DNA of 64,000 bases, taken from Podospora anserina (taxonomy: Eukaryota). Of this stretch, positions 51,778 through 64,000 are shown piece by piece; the first letter of the stretch is position 1; each line of letters opens with the position of its first letter. The stretch spans positions 124,001-188,000 of the forward strand of contig CM030336.1 in the NCBI GenBank assembly GCA_017654855.1, given 5' to 3'. A program made the translations under genes and the position numbers. The notes beneath the pieces are model-generated. The model ran no database searches. It was not told where the DNA came from and saw nothing but the letters and a program-made list of their open reading frames with translations.

Positions 51778-52225
51778 ATAACTGCCTAGAGATTCGGTCC
51801 GACATAACATACATTTTCTTACAATCCTTTACTTTTTATTTATAGTTGGCGGTAATTACATCTTTGTAGTGTATATAGTTGACGAAGCATCCATGATTTT
51901 CTGAAGTGTATTGTTGTTCCATTTCCCCTACGTCATGTCCCATCTTCTTGGGTCACCTTGTGCTTGCTTGTTCCTGCCAGAAAATGCGAGCAACCGTTGG
52001 CCAAGTCGTCGTACCGGTTTGCTCCCGTTGTCGTACTTACCACGAACCACACACCGGCACAAAGCCCCAGTAACGGTCACCGAGTCGGCTACAAATAGCG
52101 AGTTACTTTCGGCCCTCTTCCTACACCATTTTCCCCCTCCAACGAACTCACTCATCACCCCCGCCACGTACGAGTCGTCACCCTTTGCCTTTTTTTCATC
52201 TCGATCCCCACCTTCCTTGCCAAAC

Positions 52226-53359
52226 ATGGCCGAGTACCTCCTCTCCAAGCTCGGCTTCGACCTGAAGAATCAAGCAGATAACCACGACCCTGGCAACAAC
52301 GACGACCGCCCCCCTCCCCTCCCGCAACTCCACATCTCCACCGAGGACCACTTCCCCCCTTCCACGCAAGGGACCTACCCCCGTTTGTGCCAGCTATCCG
52401 ACGGCTCCCTCCTCAAGAGCTACACCACCTTTGGGCCTGACGGGGAGAGAGTCCTGGTTGTATCACGCAGCGTTGACCAAGCTCGTTCGTTCGAAGTCGT
52501 GGGGGAAATCACCCGCTCCCACGGTGACTGCGACAACTGTTTTCTTGCTGAGCTGGAGCCGGGGGTTGTGTTGGCTGCTTTTAGGAACCATGATTTGAGC
52601 GGTGAAGATGGTAATAAGCCGACCTGGTTCCGGATTACGGTTTGTCGATCTCGGGATGGGGGGAGGATTTGGGAGTATTTGAGCCAGGCGGTGGAGAAGG
52701 GGGGCTCGGATGGGGTGTGGGAGCCGTTTGTAAGGATTCCTGTGGGGAGGCGAGAGGAGGTGCAGTTGTATTATTCGGCCGAGGCGGAGCAGGGGCAGAG
52801 GCAGGACACGATGGTGGTTGTTAGTGGGGATGGGGGGGAGACGTGGTCGGAGCCGAGGAGGATTACGGGGGAGGAGGGGTTGAGAGATGGGATGGTGGGA
52901 ATTGCCGGTATGAAGGATGCAGTTTCTGGCAAAGAGGCGCTGGTGATGGTGTTGGAGACCACAAGGTGTGGGCCTGGGAGGTTTAGCATTGAGGCGGTGG
53001 TTTCGTACGACGAGGGACTGAGCTGGGCGTCAAGGCAAGAGGTGTACAAGCCATCTGGAGAGGGCAAAAATGCCGGGGCACCGCAGATTGGGACTCTGGC
53101 TGGTGGGGAGGGAGTGGCGGTGGTATTTATGACAGATGAGGATGGGAACGAAGGGGTATGGCCTTCTGGGGCCAAGATCAAGACTGTTTTAGGGGTTGGG
53201 TTGGGGAATGGAGTGATCAACTGGAGTCGGGAGGCTGATACTGTTTTCGAGGAGGGGAGTTCATGGCCAGGGATTCTGGGAGTCGGTCACGGGGAGGCGC
53301 TGGTGGTCTGCGCGACGAGGAGCAGAATTGGGGGTAGGCTGTTGAGCTTGGATCTCTGA
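52226..53359 (+). CDS. BNR/Asp-box beta-propeller glycosidase, GH93-like, no signal peptide
   Basis: GTYPR; Asp-boxes SVDQARSF, SRDGGRIW, SGDGGETWS, SYDEGLSW; GVWEPF, RDGM, NAGAPQI. Confidence 0.8.
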   Translation: MAEYLLSKLGFDLKNQADNHDPGNNDDRPPPLPQLHISTEDHFPPSTQGTYPRLCQLSDGSLLKSYTTFGPDGERVLVVSRSVDQARSFEVVGEITRSHGDCDNCFLAELEPGVVLAAFRNHDLSGEDGNKPTWFRITVCRSRDGGRIWEYLSQAVEKGGSDGVWEPFVRIPVGRREEVQLYYSAEAEQGQRQDTMVVVSGDGGETWSEPRRITGEEGLRDGMVGIAGMKDAVSGKEALVMVLETTRCGPGRFSIEAVVSYDEGLSWASRQEVYKPSGEGKNAGAPQIGTLAGGEGVAVVFMTDEDGNEGVWPSGAKIKTVLGVGLGNGVINWSREADTVFEEGSSWPGILGVGHGEALVVCATRSRIGGRLLSLDL

Positions 53360-54162
53360 CATCCATGACCATGTCCTAATCGGCCTCCTGTCGTATGACA
53401 GCATTTGACGAACCCCGAGATGAGGAACTAGACGGTAACTCAACATGATTTCTTCAACTACCCAAAAATTTGTTGGATTTCGCTCGAATCCAGTCCTCCA
53501 GATCAATATGGAGTAGTGGTTGCTTCACCCAACTGCAACATGCACAAACCTAGAGTGGTAACCTGAACCAGACCACCGGTTTTCTTGGGTCTTGAGCGAA
53601 CTGGAATATGCGCCGGCAAAAGAGCTGAAAAGACTGCACGGCAGTCGTGACGGGTGTAATCCGTACCTAGGTATTTATCCGCCGCTCAGCATATCACAGG
53701 CGCGGCAGATCCTTCGACGCGATCATGTCTGCCTTACCCCGGATCGGTTAAAATCACCACTTCCCGTCTTACCCAGATCTTGGGCTGATCACCATTCACG
53801 AGCTGAGAACTGAAACAGCTAACCGCAGGAAGAAGTGACAATGCAGTCATCGCTCCCGCTGACAGTTTCTCTTCTCAATTTGGAGCGCGGGGCTAGTTCT
53901 TCCACGAGATATGATGGCTTTATAGGTGGTTCACTTCGTCTTCCCTTCACCCAAAGCTTGCCTGCCCATCGTTGCATTTGAGATTCCATGATACCTCCTC
54001 TGCTTGTAGCGTTGCATGCATGGCCGTGTGCAGCGGACGTTTTACGATCTTCACCTCTCACCTAGTTGACGTCGAATCTCCAGGGTAGGCGTTGCTGTAT
54101 CATTGTTGTCGGGGTACTGGAAAACCCCAGCGTCGAACAGTTGGGACAACTTTACCAGCACC

Positions 54163-55835
54163 ATGTTGCTTCACTTCGCCATATACACCACTCTTTTTCT
54201 TACAGTCAGTCATGGAGCCAGTCTTCCTAATCTCAGCAATGAACATTCACTCGATGATGGTGACAAGGGCGGAGGGAAGCGTACAAGAGACCCAGGCTAT
54301 GTGCGCATGCCGGTGTCGAGACAGAAGTTCAAAAGTAAGGGGAAGTCAAAAAGGGGCTGGCATTGGGGGCCCCCGACCGACCCTCACAATGACCCCTCAG
54401 CTTTGAAGTCAAATCAACCCTTCCAACCTACTCATGCGTCATCATCGACAAGACCACCGCCAACTCTGACTAGAATAACGAGATCCCCACCAACCCAGCA
54501 GTCTCCGACTTTGCATCGCCGAGCAGCAGATAGAAGATGGGGCTGGTCCAATCTTGAAGAACTGGGCGGCATTGCCTACATCATCCAGTGTTCGTGCTCC
54601 ACCCTTGAATTCCATTTCCACCTGATTTCAACCCCTGCTGACAAGTCCACAAACTTCTTTCTATAGTGGACATTGGCACGCCCCCTCAAAAAGTCCGCGT
54701 CTTCGTCGACACCGGCTCGTACGAACTCTGGGTCAACCCCCGCTGCAGCACGTCGGCGTCGGATTCCCTCTGCCAGACGTTTGGCAACTACTTCCCATCC
54801 AAGTCAAACTCTGCCATGCACATTGGTGGCAACTTTGCCGTCACCTACGGCACAGGGGCAGTGCGAGGAAGCTACTGGAGCGACGTGATGAGTATTGCGA
54901 GTCTGTCACACCTCCCCCAACTCTACAGGTACTTCTCACTCTCATGCTTGAGACTGACAACTCCCTAAAAAGTGCTCCAAATCCCCCATGTCCAGTTCGC
55001 CGTAGCAGCCGACAGCAACTACACCTTCGCCGGCATCCTCGGTTTAGGCTACGCTTACCCCTATTCCATCCCCTACCCCTCCGTCCTCAACCTCATGGTC
55101 TCCCAGAAGATGATATCCGCCCCCATCTTCAGCCTCGGTCTCGGCGGCGACGGCGACGGCTTCAGCGAGATTATTTTTGGCGGAGTCAACCGCTGGAAGT
55201 TTGCCGGGCCGCTGGTCCCGGTCTCCATTTGGCCTCCGATCAAAGAGCAGGATCCGAGATGGGTGCAATACTGGGTCAATGTCACCAGCGTCGGGTTGAC
55301 GAAGCCAAAAGAGGCAGGAAAACTGTACACACCTCGGGAGGGGTTTTCCATGCCGACGTTGATCGACACGGGCTCGACGTTGAGCTACATCCGGGAGGAC
55401 CTCGTGGCGGTGATAGGGCAGCAGTTCAACGCCGAGATTGATACGCAGGGGAATTACTTTGTGGACTGCAAGTACAGGGACGTGGCGGGGACGGTGGACT
55501 TTGGGTTCAACAGCGGCGCGATGGTGATCAATGTGCGGTACAAGGATTTCATCTACCAGCTCTACCCGGGCAGGTGCATGCTTGGGGTGCAGCCGGCGGA
55601 TTATGGGAGCACGTACTATGTGCTGGGAGACACGTTCATCAGGGGTGCTTATTGTGAGTCTTGCCCGTTTCTTACAGTCAGCAAAATATCTACAGAGCTG
55701 ACACATGCATACATAGTGGTGTTTGATCAGCAATCAGACGTTGTGTGGATGAATCAGTACTATAATTGTGGCGATGGGGTAGTAACAGTGGGACAAATCC
55801 CAAGGGATACCAAGAATGTTGTCGGCGCGTGCTAG
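54163..55835 (+). CDS. Secreted pepsin-like (A1) aspartic protease
   Basis: Signal peptide, basic propeptide with KR/RR sites, two DTGS motifs, GILGLG, VLGDTFIR; introns 54590-54666, 54901-54972, 55654-55716. Confidence 0.92.
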
Positions 55836-56159
55836 CTGAGGTAGTTTTTGCGGTCATTGTGTTGTGGGTTTCTTGAGCACGTATAAAGCAACATGTTTTC
55901 TCCCGCAGTCCTCCGAACCTGGACTCTGAACCTCGAACCGCCTACTTCTTCAATTGCGACCAACACAGGGGAAAGTCATGGAAACACCGGGAAACATCAA
56001 GTTCCAAAGCTACGATAGGATCATGAATGCGAACCTACGTGGCCACCGAAATGCGTACGAGCATCCGCCGATCATGGAGTTTAGAGATCGAACTGTACCA
56101 AGACGCCTAGTTGCAAATCGCGCTCGATATGCCATGGCCGGGTGTATTTCCCGGTGACC

Positions 56160-57776
56160 ATGACCCCTTCGGCATGGCTGGGAACCTCCTTCCTGCCGCC
56201 CGCAGGTGTGGAACCTGCAGAATTGTTCAAGCCACGGTTGGTTCGCCCGGTGTACCATGAAAACGGGCTCGTTTATGTGCAGCGCTTCTGTTTTGCCAGG
56301 CCGTTCATGAGCGACTTTGTTCATACCATGACCATGGCCATCTACACGGGAAGTTGGGGGTTCGATAGTAACTCCGGAGATGCAGAACCATACAAGACGA
56401 GTCTTGGCTTCCGGTTCAACACATTCGAACTTGGCAAGGTCTACTGTTTCTGGGAGGATGTGGGCGCAGATGGCCAGGTTCATCAGAGCACCAAGGACTG
56501 AGCTGAGATGGAGGCTGTGCTTGCCGCGCTTGGGTATCGTGACTGGTCTCTTGAGGGCTGGGTTCGCATCGTCATCATTGCCAAGTCGGAATATCTGGGA
56601 AAGAACGTTACTCGAAACATGCTCAAGTGGGCAGCGGATCGAGCCCATCGACCACCTGGGGCCAGACCCCAAGTACCAAAACGAACAGGAAGCCCACAGA
56701 TGGGACGATTACGTCTCTCCGGAGAAGCGATTGCAACACGTAAACCCACACCTTTGTACAATCGCAAGTCGACAGGCTGTAATAAAAGCAGTACACAATA
56801 TGATCGGCGAGCACAACGACGTCAAAGTGACCGCTGCTGAATATGACAATTGCAACGGAAGTGGTCATGTCTGGCAGGGTACCAACTACGCGGTTGAACC
56901 GAACCTGCTACCCGAAGACCTGTTCGTGATACAACCCACGAAAAAACATCCCACCAAGGAGCTTGAGAACCGATTCGTGCATTTCAATAATCCGAAGCAC
57001 ATGGCCATTTTCATACATGTGAATTTACCCTCGGACTCAACATGTCCGTTCGTCGCCTCCATGGTGTACAACCTAGACAAGAAAACCGACGCCAAGGTCC
57101 CGCAACAGCTCGATGGCTACCAGGCTATTGATGAAGACGGCGCTGCTCTGATCGGTGTCATTGCTGCGCTAGAGTCACGTCCCCCTGCCAAAGAAAGCTG
57201 CTTTCATACGCAAGTGTCAGGAGGGCCTGCGATGCCGTTGAACCGCAACAATATGGCCCAATGGTAGATCGATGGTTGGGAGAAACCATCATCATCACGA
57301 CGTCCCTGTACGTCCATCACCACGCTACTGAGTCTATGCTGAAATGGGCTGAAAAAGGTTGGCGACGAAAAGCGAAAAGGTGGGAACCTATTCGCAATCA
57401 AGATTGCTGGAAGGAGTTGTCGCAGATGTTGGGTCACTATGCAATGCACGGCTGTGAGGTTGCCTTTTGGTATGTACCTCCTGAAAAGCATTGGCTGGCT
57501 CAGCTGGAGGAGTACATAAAACTCATAAAGGAGAAAAATAAGGTGGCGGAACAGTTAGAAGAGGAGAAGGCAAAGAAGGCAGGGGAAGAGAAGAAAGTAT
57601 TGGAGGAGGAAAGGAAAGTATTGGAGGAAAAGAAAGTGGAGGAGGAGGATGACAAAGGTGGACCAGATGTCGAGTCGGATGATGGTTTAGAGAGCGAGGA
57701 AGTGATCATCGGCCATGAAAAGAAAAAGAATAAGGGCAGGAAGGCTAATAAGAAGAAGGGCAAGAAGCGAAGATGA
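56160..57776 (+). pseudogene. Disrupted gene with two degenerate RNase H1-like domains and a K/E-rich tail
   Basis: QSTKD*AEMEAVLAALGYRDWSLEGWVRIVIIAKSEY and GVIAALESR...IIITTSLY...KWAEKGW...IRNQDCWKEL...VAFWYVP resemble fungal RNase HI; stops at 56499-56501 and 57265-57267 plus two frame changes. Confidence 0.7.
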
Positions 57777-58537
57777 AGAGGTTTCAGTGAGAGTACCTGG
57801 TAGAATTGGGTCCTTGGCTCACGACGAAGCTGCAAAGCGAAGATGATAGATCGGTAAGTAAGGTAACTTGTGTCAGCGTTATAAAAGAGAAGGGTTTACC
57901 GAGCAATACAATGATCCATTCTTCACACCATTCTGTTACACAACCAGGGAGAGTAAGCAATTTGTATCCCATCAGAGAATTACCTCCCATAGGCTACCTA
58001 TCTAGTCAGGATGGTACTGGTGCTGTTGTGGAGCTTGATGGGCCAGAGGTGGGGGAACGCAGGGCCCACACAAAGAACAGGATCACATCTGTCGAAGATG
58101 GTCTGGACTTTTCAAGGAGGTAATGAATGCAGAGTTAAATCCATGAACACTAGTGCCAGATTAGGCTCCCAGAATGCCAGGACAGAGATATAGGGCTGTT
58201 GTGGCGTCGATGGACCAGTAGAAACTGGATTTTCTACGAGCTAGATACCCTGATTCAGATGTATGTGGTGGCTGGCTGGTGCTGCGCCATCTCGCATTCT
58301 GGGGGCGCGGAATTCTTTGTACGAATCGCGTTGGTGCCCGCGTTTGGATGCTCGGGGTGGAGGTTGCTGTGAAGATTGAGGTAGAAAAACACTTCGATTC
58401 CCCAGCTCAGGTAGCGATTTGTTGCCTAACGGCATATAATTGATCAACCTTTGCTACTGTGCTTGTCAACACTGTGGGCTTGGAATCTGTGCCCAGTAAT
58501 CTCTTCACTATCACCGCCAGCTGAAAACAAAGCAACC

Positions 58538-59461
58538 ATGGCACCAGTCTATGCAGACCACCCATTCCCCCTTATCCAGACTCCTGTGTTTGCAGCGAAA
58601 CAAGACCCGCATGCAAAGGTTGGACCACCTCCATCATCTGATCACCCCTAACGAAACACGCTATTCACACTTCAACTGCATGTACAGGTGGACAGCTTCG
58701 ACCGTGCCGCCTCGGAAATGGCCAACGCGCACAATCTCATGATCCGCGGCCTTAATTCCATCTATCTTCAAGCTCCACACGTCACAGCTCCCGACGCAAA
58801 ACCCTTTTGCCGGTACATTGCGGCTTTCACCAACCTGATTCACGTCCACCACCACGGCGAGGAGACACATTTCTTTCCAGAGGTAGAGAGGTTGTCGGGG
58901 GTGGAGGGAATCATGGAGACGAATGTCCATCAACACGGCGTGTTCAAGAAAGGGCTACACGATCTGGATGATTACATTAATGGTGTTCTGGCGGATAAAC
59001 AGAAGTATGACGGTAACAGGGTAGTGCAGATGATTGATGTATTTGGGAAAAGTCTCGTCGAGCATCTGCGGGATGAAATCCCTACGTTGCAGAGGTTGAG
59101 AGAGGTGGATGGAGAGGGGAGAAAGATGGCGGAGGCGATTGAGAGGATCATGGGGGAGGAAGGGGAGAGTTCGATGGTTTGTGCCTTCCCATATACCGAC
59201 CCTCTCTTGGGCGATCGACTGGCGGCTAATCAAAGGGGGTCATAGAAAGCACTTGGAATGCCTGGCATGTTGTGGTGTTTTGCCAATCTGGACATCCACT
59301 TCGAGGACGATATATGGCTGGACTGGCCTGCTGCACCGGGCCCTGTCAAGTTTCTGTATCGGAATGTGTTCTGGTGGGTTTATACTGATCTTAGGAAGTT
59401 TGGATCAGTTGACAGGAACGGCAAGCTGAGGGCTCTATATGCTGTTCCCAAGTCAGAATAA
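58538..59461 (+). CDS. Hemerythrin-like (HHE cation-binding) protein
   Basis: AHNLMIRGLN, HVHHHGEE, HQH, EHLRDEIP; introns 58619-58687 and 59177-59245. Confidence 0.88.
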
Positions 59462-60401
59462 GGTAGTGTGTCTGGGGATGGGCCCACTTTATGGACGGTT
59501 CGGTTTTGTTACTACCCCTGTTTGCCCCTATTTGCCCCCTTTATCCTCTTATTTCTTGTTGCTTTTTGGATGGACACATGGTTGCATAAATATTGAATGG
59601 ATCTGATTACATAGTCTGAGCAGCGATATCAACATGCATGGGAATGGATACGTGTGGACATTGCGTTACATGTTGAGGACTTAAAAGATCAGGTAATTCA
59701 CACGCCTTTTGATCATGTTTCAAGGCCTTTCGACCACCAGGTATCTTCTCTTTAAGACTTTTAATCAATATTTCAAGGTATTTTTATTGCTATAAACTGG
59801 CCTATTGATCATCTACGAAGGCCAGTTTATGATAGTTTAGACGCTAAAGTTTCACGTGTAATGGCTGTTCAACACAAGACACCCTACCTATGCAGTCTGT
59901 GCTACAGCTTCCCCACTTCAGTTCCCTCAAATCCAGTTGCGAGTGCCTACCTACCCTTCCACCGAGCCACCTAGCTAACAATGCATGCTCACCAGTGTTG
60001 TGGCATCGGCTTGCTGCCTTCCAATTCAGGAAACTCATTATGCCGGTAGATCTGCGCTCCCTTCTCACTCAATCCACCAAATGTCAGGTCATCTATTCCC
60101 GTCTCGATTTTCGCAATCCCCGCACTTCATGTTGCTCCCATGCAGACTGTATCACCTGGGGGTCTGCCGTAGGAGGAGAGGAGGACATCATGCAACGTCG
60201 GACACACATAGCCGAGAAGCAAACACGGCAGTATCTGGACCTCCTCGTATCCCGGATGCCGGCATTCGGCAGCATTGCATATCGGCCGTACAATGTCTGA
60301 TAAGCCCATTGCCATTCAACGATTCTCCTTCGAGTACAGTGAGGGTGGAGGAGCGTTTTGGTAGCCCATTGTCCCTAATTCTCGAGTCGACTACAGAAAG
60401 C

Positions 60402-63194
60402 ATGGCAGAGAAACCCGAGGCTGTCGATCCTGACGAGATCGGAATCATCTCGAGCCACGAAACGAGGTCATCCGATCGAGACCCTGAAAAAACACCTGCC
60501 AAGCCCTACGAAAGGGAAACACACGATGGCCAGGAGCCAGACAATATCACGGACCAGATCCCGCACTCTCTGCTCGAGGAATTGGCACCAAATGGCGAAT
60601 ACGAGCACATCCTCTCCAAAATCAACGCCATGTCAACGGAAGAGGCCCTGGCCATCATCCGTGAATCGCTTACTTTCCACGCCGATGACTGGAACTTTCC
60701 CACTGTCATGCGGACAAGAATGCAGAGACTGGTGAAAGAGAGCCCGAAAGAGTACGGCGACTTTTATGAGCGAGATCTCAGAATCGATGCTGTCATGATG
60801 CGCTGGTCCAGCCCCTATCCGGGGGTTAGAGCTGTGGCTGAACTGACTGACAATGACTCCACCCCCGTAGAGACCATTAGGGCTTACTTTCTGGGTATAT
60901 CGTGGGCTGTGATTGGGACCTTTATGGCGACGTTTTTCAACTCGAGATTTCCGAGCATCAGTACGTGTTGGCCTTCACTTATCAAAGGACATGGGGCTGA
61001 CAGACACGGGCAGCTCTTAGTGGGAGTGTTATTCAGATTCTTTTGTACCCGTGTGCAAAGGTCCTCGAGTATGTCCTTCCGGACTGGGGATTCACGGTGT
61101 TTGGGACGAGACACTCGCTCAATCCGGGGCCGTGGACGTTCAAAGAGCAAATGTTTGCGACGATTACCTACAACATCGCTATTTATACCACCAATTCGTA
61201 TGGGATGGTGCGTTGACTCTTTTTCTATATTCGCCTCTCTAAAATGATGCTGATAAATACAGATCCTCGTCCAAAAGATGCCCATTTTCTACGGCCAGAG
61301 CTTTGTCAACTATGGCTACCAGCTCATGCTGACCCTGTTCGTTCAGCTCATGGGGATGGGCTTTGCAGGATATCTCCGCCGGTTCTCAGTATATCCTGTC
61401 AAAGCCCTCTGGCCCACCATCCTTCCCACCATTGCCATGAATCGAGCATTGACCAGGCCAGAGCTCAAAGAGAACATTCACGGTTGGACCATATCCCGGT
61501 ACAACTTCTTCTACGTCTGCACGGTATCCATGGCGATCTACTACTGGCTGCCGGGTTATCTTTTCACAGCCCTCTCCACCTTCAACTGGATGACCTGGAT
61601 TGCTCCCGAGAACTTGACCTTGGCCATTTTGACTGGCTCATCTCTTGGGTTAGGTCTTTTTAACCCAATCACCACTTTTGACTGGAACATTGCTACATCT
61701 TCCTTTGCCGCCCTCGCCAACCCTTTCTTCGCCACAGCAACTGAATGGTGCTCCGCTTGGCTCGGAGCGGCAGTCATCCTGGCCATCTTTTACAACAACA
61801 TGAATCACTCTGCCTACCTCCCCATCAACTCCAGCTCGGCCTTTGCCAACGATGGGAAACCGTACCGTGTGCAGAATGTCATCTCAGCACACAACAAGCT
61901 CGACGAGCAGAAGTACCAAGCCTACTCCCCGCCGTTCTACTCTGCCGGATACATCCTGACTGTCGGAGCCAACTTTGCGTTTTACCCAGTGTATTTCTTG
62001 TACATCATGGTCAACCAGTGGACGACGGTGGGCAAGGCCTATGTTGACTTTTACCAGGGGCTGAGAAGGGGGAAAGGGAACTATGAAGGGGCGATGGATG
62101 TCCATTCGAGACTGATGAGCCGGTACCCCGAGGTGCCAGACTGGTGGTTCATCTTCATTTTGGTGGCGGCCATTGTCGTGTCGGTGATTTTCTTGAGGAT
62201 ATATCCACTGGAAACACCTGTGTGGCTTGTTTTCCTCATGATAGGCATCAACATCATCTTTGCCGTCCCGCTATCTCTGTTGTCGGCCACCACGGGGACC
62301 AACCTGGGGCTTGGGAGTCTGATACAGGTGCTGACGGGGTATCTTCTGCCCGGGAACCCCAATGCTTTCTTGTTTGCGCAAACCTTGGGCAGCTGGGCGT
62401 TGGCCGGTTACGGAGACAACTATGTGCAAGATCAAAAGATGGCCCATTATGTCAAGATCCCGCCGAGGGCCGTGTTTAGGAGCCAGATTGGGACGATCAT
62501 CATCACCTGTTTTGTTGCGGTTTCGACCCAAAACTTCATCATGGAGAACGTGAAGGGCTTGTGCGAGCCGGACCAGCCGAGCAGGTTCACCTGTGCTGCT
62601 GACGGTGCACCGCTGTATGCCAGCAGCTTGATGTGGGGATTGCTGGGCAGCGAGAGGATGTTTGGTGCCATGTATCCGATGTTCAAGTGGTGCTTCTTGA
62701 TCGGGACGGGCATTGCGGTAGTGTTTCTGGTCGGGCAGGGATACGGGCCGAAATACCTGCCCGGCATCAAAGAAAGACTGCGGGGAAGACTGGGACCAAG
62801 GACATTTGCGCAGCTTGACAGGACAATCTTTCCTTTCGTGGCCAGCCTGTTGTGGTTGAACCCCGTGTTGATCATCCACGGATTCCAACACTGGGCGCCG
62901 TCCAATCTGAGCTACAAGACGCCCGGGTTCATCCTGAGTTGCATTTTCATGTACCTGCTGCCAAAATACCGGCTGGCATGGTGGGAAAAGTACAATTACG
63001 TGCTTTCTGCCTCGTTGACGGCAGGCGTCGCCATCAGCGCCCTCATCATGTTCTTTGCTGTGGGCTACCACCCCGTGAAGCTGGATTGGTGGGGGAATCG
63101 GGTCAGCCACGCCGGCATGGACGGGAAGAGTGTGGGGATCCTGCCGATTCCCGAGAAGGGGTACTTTGGACCGGAGCGGGGCCAGTTCCCGTAG
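60402..63194 (+). CDS. OPT family oligopeptide transporter
   Basis: SPYPGVRA, LNPGPWTFKEQ, YPEVPDWW, DQKMAHYVKIPPR, WWEKYNYVLSA; introns 60961-61013 and 61208-61262. Confidence 0.95.
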
Positions 63195-64000
63195 TGTAGT
63201 CTTTAGATCTGCTGATCTTGATGTTGAGAGTGAGGTTGTTGGCAAGAGTTGGCGAGGCCTCCAGTTGCGACAGTCCACATTTCAACCCGACATGGAATCC
63301 CGTACATAATGAGCCTGTAAGTAGTCGTGAGCTTCGCTTCAATTAGTAACATTGAGCGTATGGAACATCGCATCGGCCTTCCTCCAGTAATAAGAATAAG
63401 TGTGGTTGGGTCTGGGACCAGAGGGGCCAATGAGCACAGTCACCACGCGTCACCACCCGACAGACGGCTCGAGTGCCGGTGCGGGGCCGGTGATTGATAA
63501 CGGGCTTGGCGTCGTTCTTGACAGGAAGTGTTTGCTACGGGATAAATACCCAAGACTGATCCCATCATCAGCCAGTTGTTCATCAAATGGTATAGATGGG
63601 TTGCCTCTGGTGGATGACAACAGAGATTATAGAGAATCAGCCAGTGTCTTCTTTTTCGTCTTCAGGAGGCAAAAACAACACTGCCTGGGTGGTGGATACA
63701 GGAGATACCGGTTAGGTGCATACCGACGGAACAGGGACAGCAACTGATATGAAGCAACAAAGATAGCAGGTGACCAGTGACCAACAGGGTGCGTCCGGCG
63801 GTCGGCACCAGCTTCCATTCATTGAGCACAGCCACGAATGGTGCAGAGAATCACAAGGGCCAAGACGGTGCCCCACTCTCCGTGGTGATTCGGGAGTCTG
63901 TGATTGGGCTGCTCCCCCTTCTCCAGCCCTTGGCCGACGTTGTCCCAGCGGTCCCAAGCAGGTTCCAAGCGCTCGGCGTTAGCCTTGTTCCTCGTTGTTG

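Noticed and set aside
59985-60401. 139-codon in-frame extension upstream of the OPT start
   Set aside because: Not protein-like; the ATG at 60402 has better context and gives a typical acidic OPT N-terminus.
63400-64000. Short ORFs at the right window edge
   Set aside because: No motif or consistent exon structure; may be the 3' end of a gene outside the window.

Overview
This is eukaryotic DNA from a filamentous ascomycete: GT-AG introns of about 50-140 nt with CTRAC branch points and C-rich 5'/G-rich 3' gene skew suggest Sordariales, possibly Podospora-like (inference). I support about 20 intact protein-coding genes, one intron-containing tRNA-Glu(CTC) and two apparently broken genes. Intact genes: DUF3176-like membrane protein, DUF1996 secreted protein, C2H2 transcription factor, S53 sedolisin, lipase/carboxylesterase, a hypothetical protein, ARC18, GCD10/TRM6, a GPI-like protein, GH76, a small secreted protein, L-amino-acid oxidase, an MFS transporter, a divergent GPI alpha-amylase + alpha-1,3-glucan synthase pair, a signal-less GH93-like Asp-box protein, an aspartic protease, a hemerythrin-like protein and an OPT transporter. 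The most unusual items are a tandem, catalytically degenerate RNase H-like gene with stops and frameshifts (56.2-57.8 kb), a Cys-rich single-pass protein with one in-frame TAG just before its TM helix (31.5 kb), and the ags/amylase locus, whose amylase keeps the region-I His and which has no amyG-like gene in the window. No transposon, rRNA or CRISPR-like array is recognisable. All family calls come from motif recognition by eye, not database searches, and I cannot demonstrate a wholly new system.
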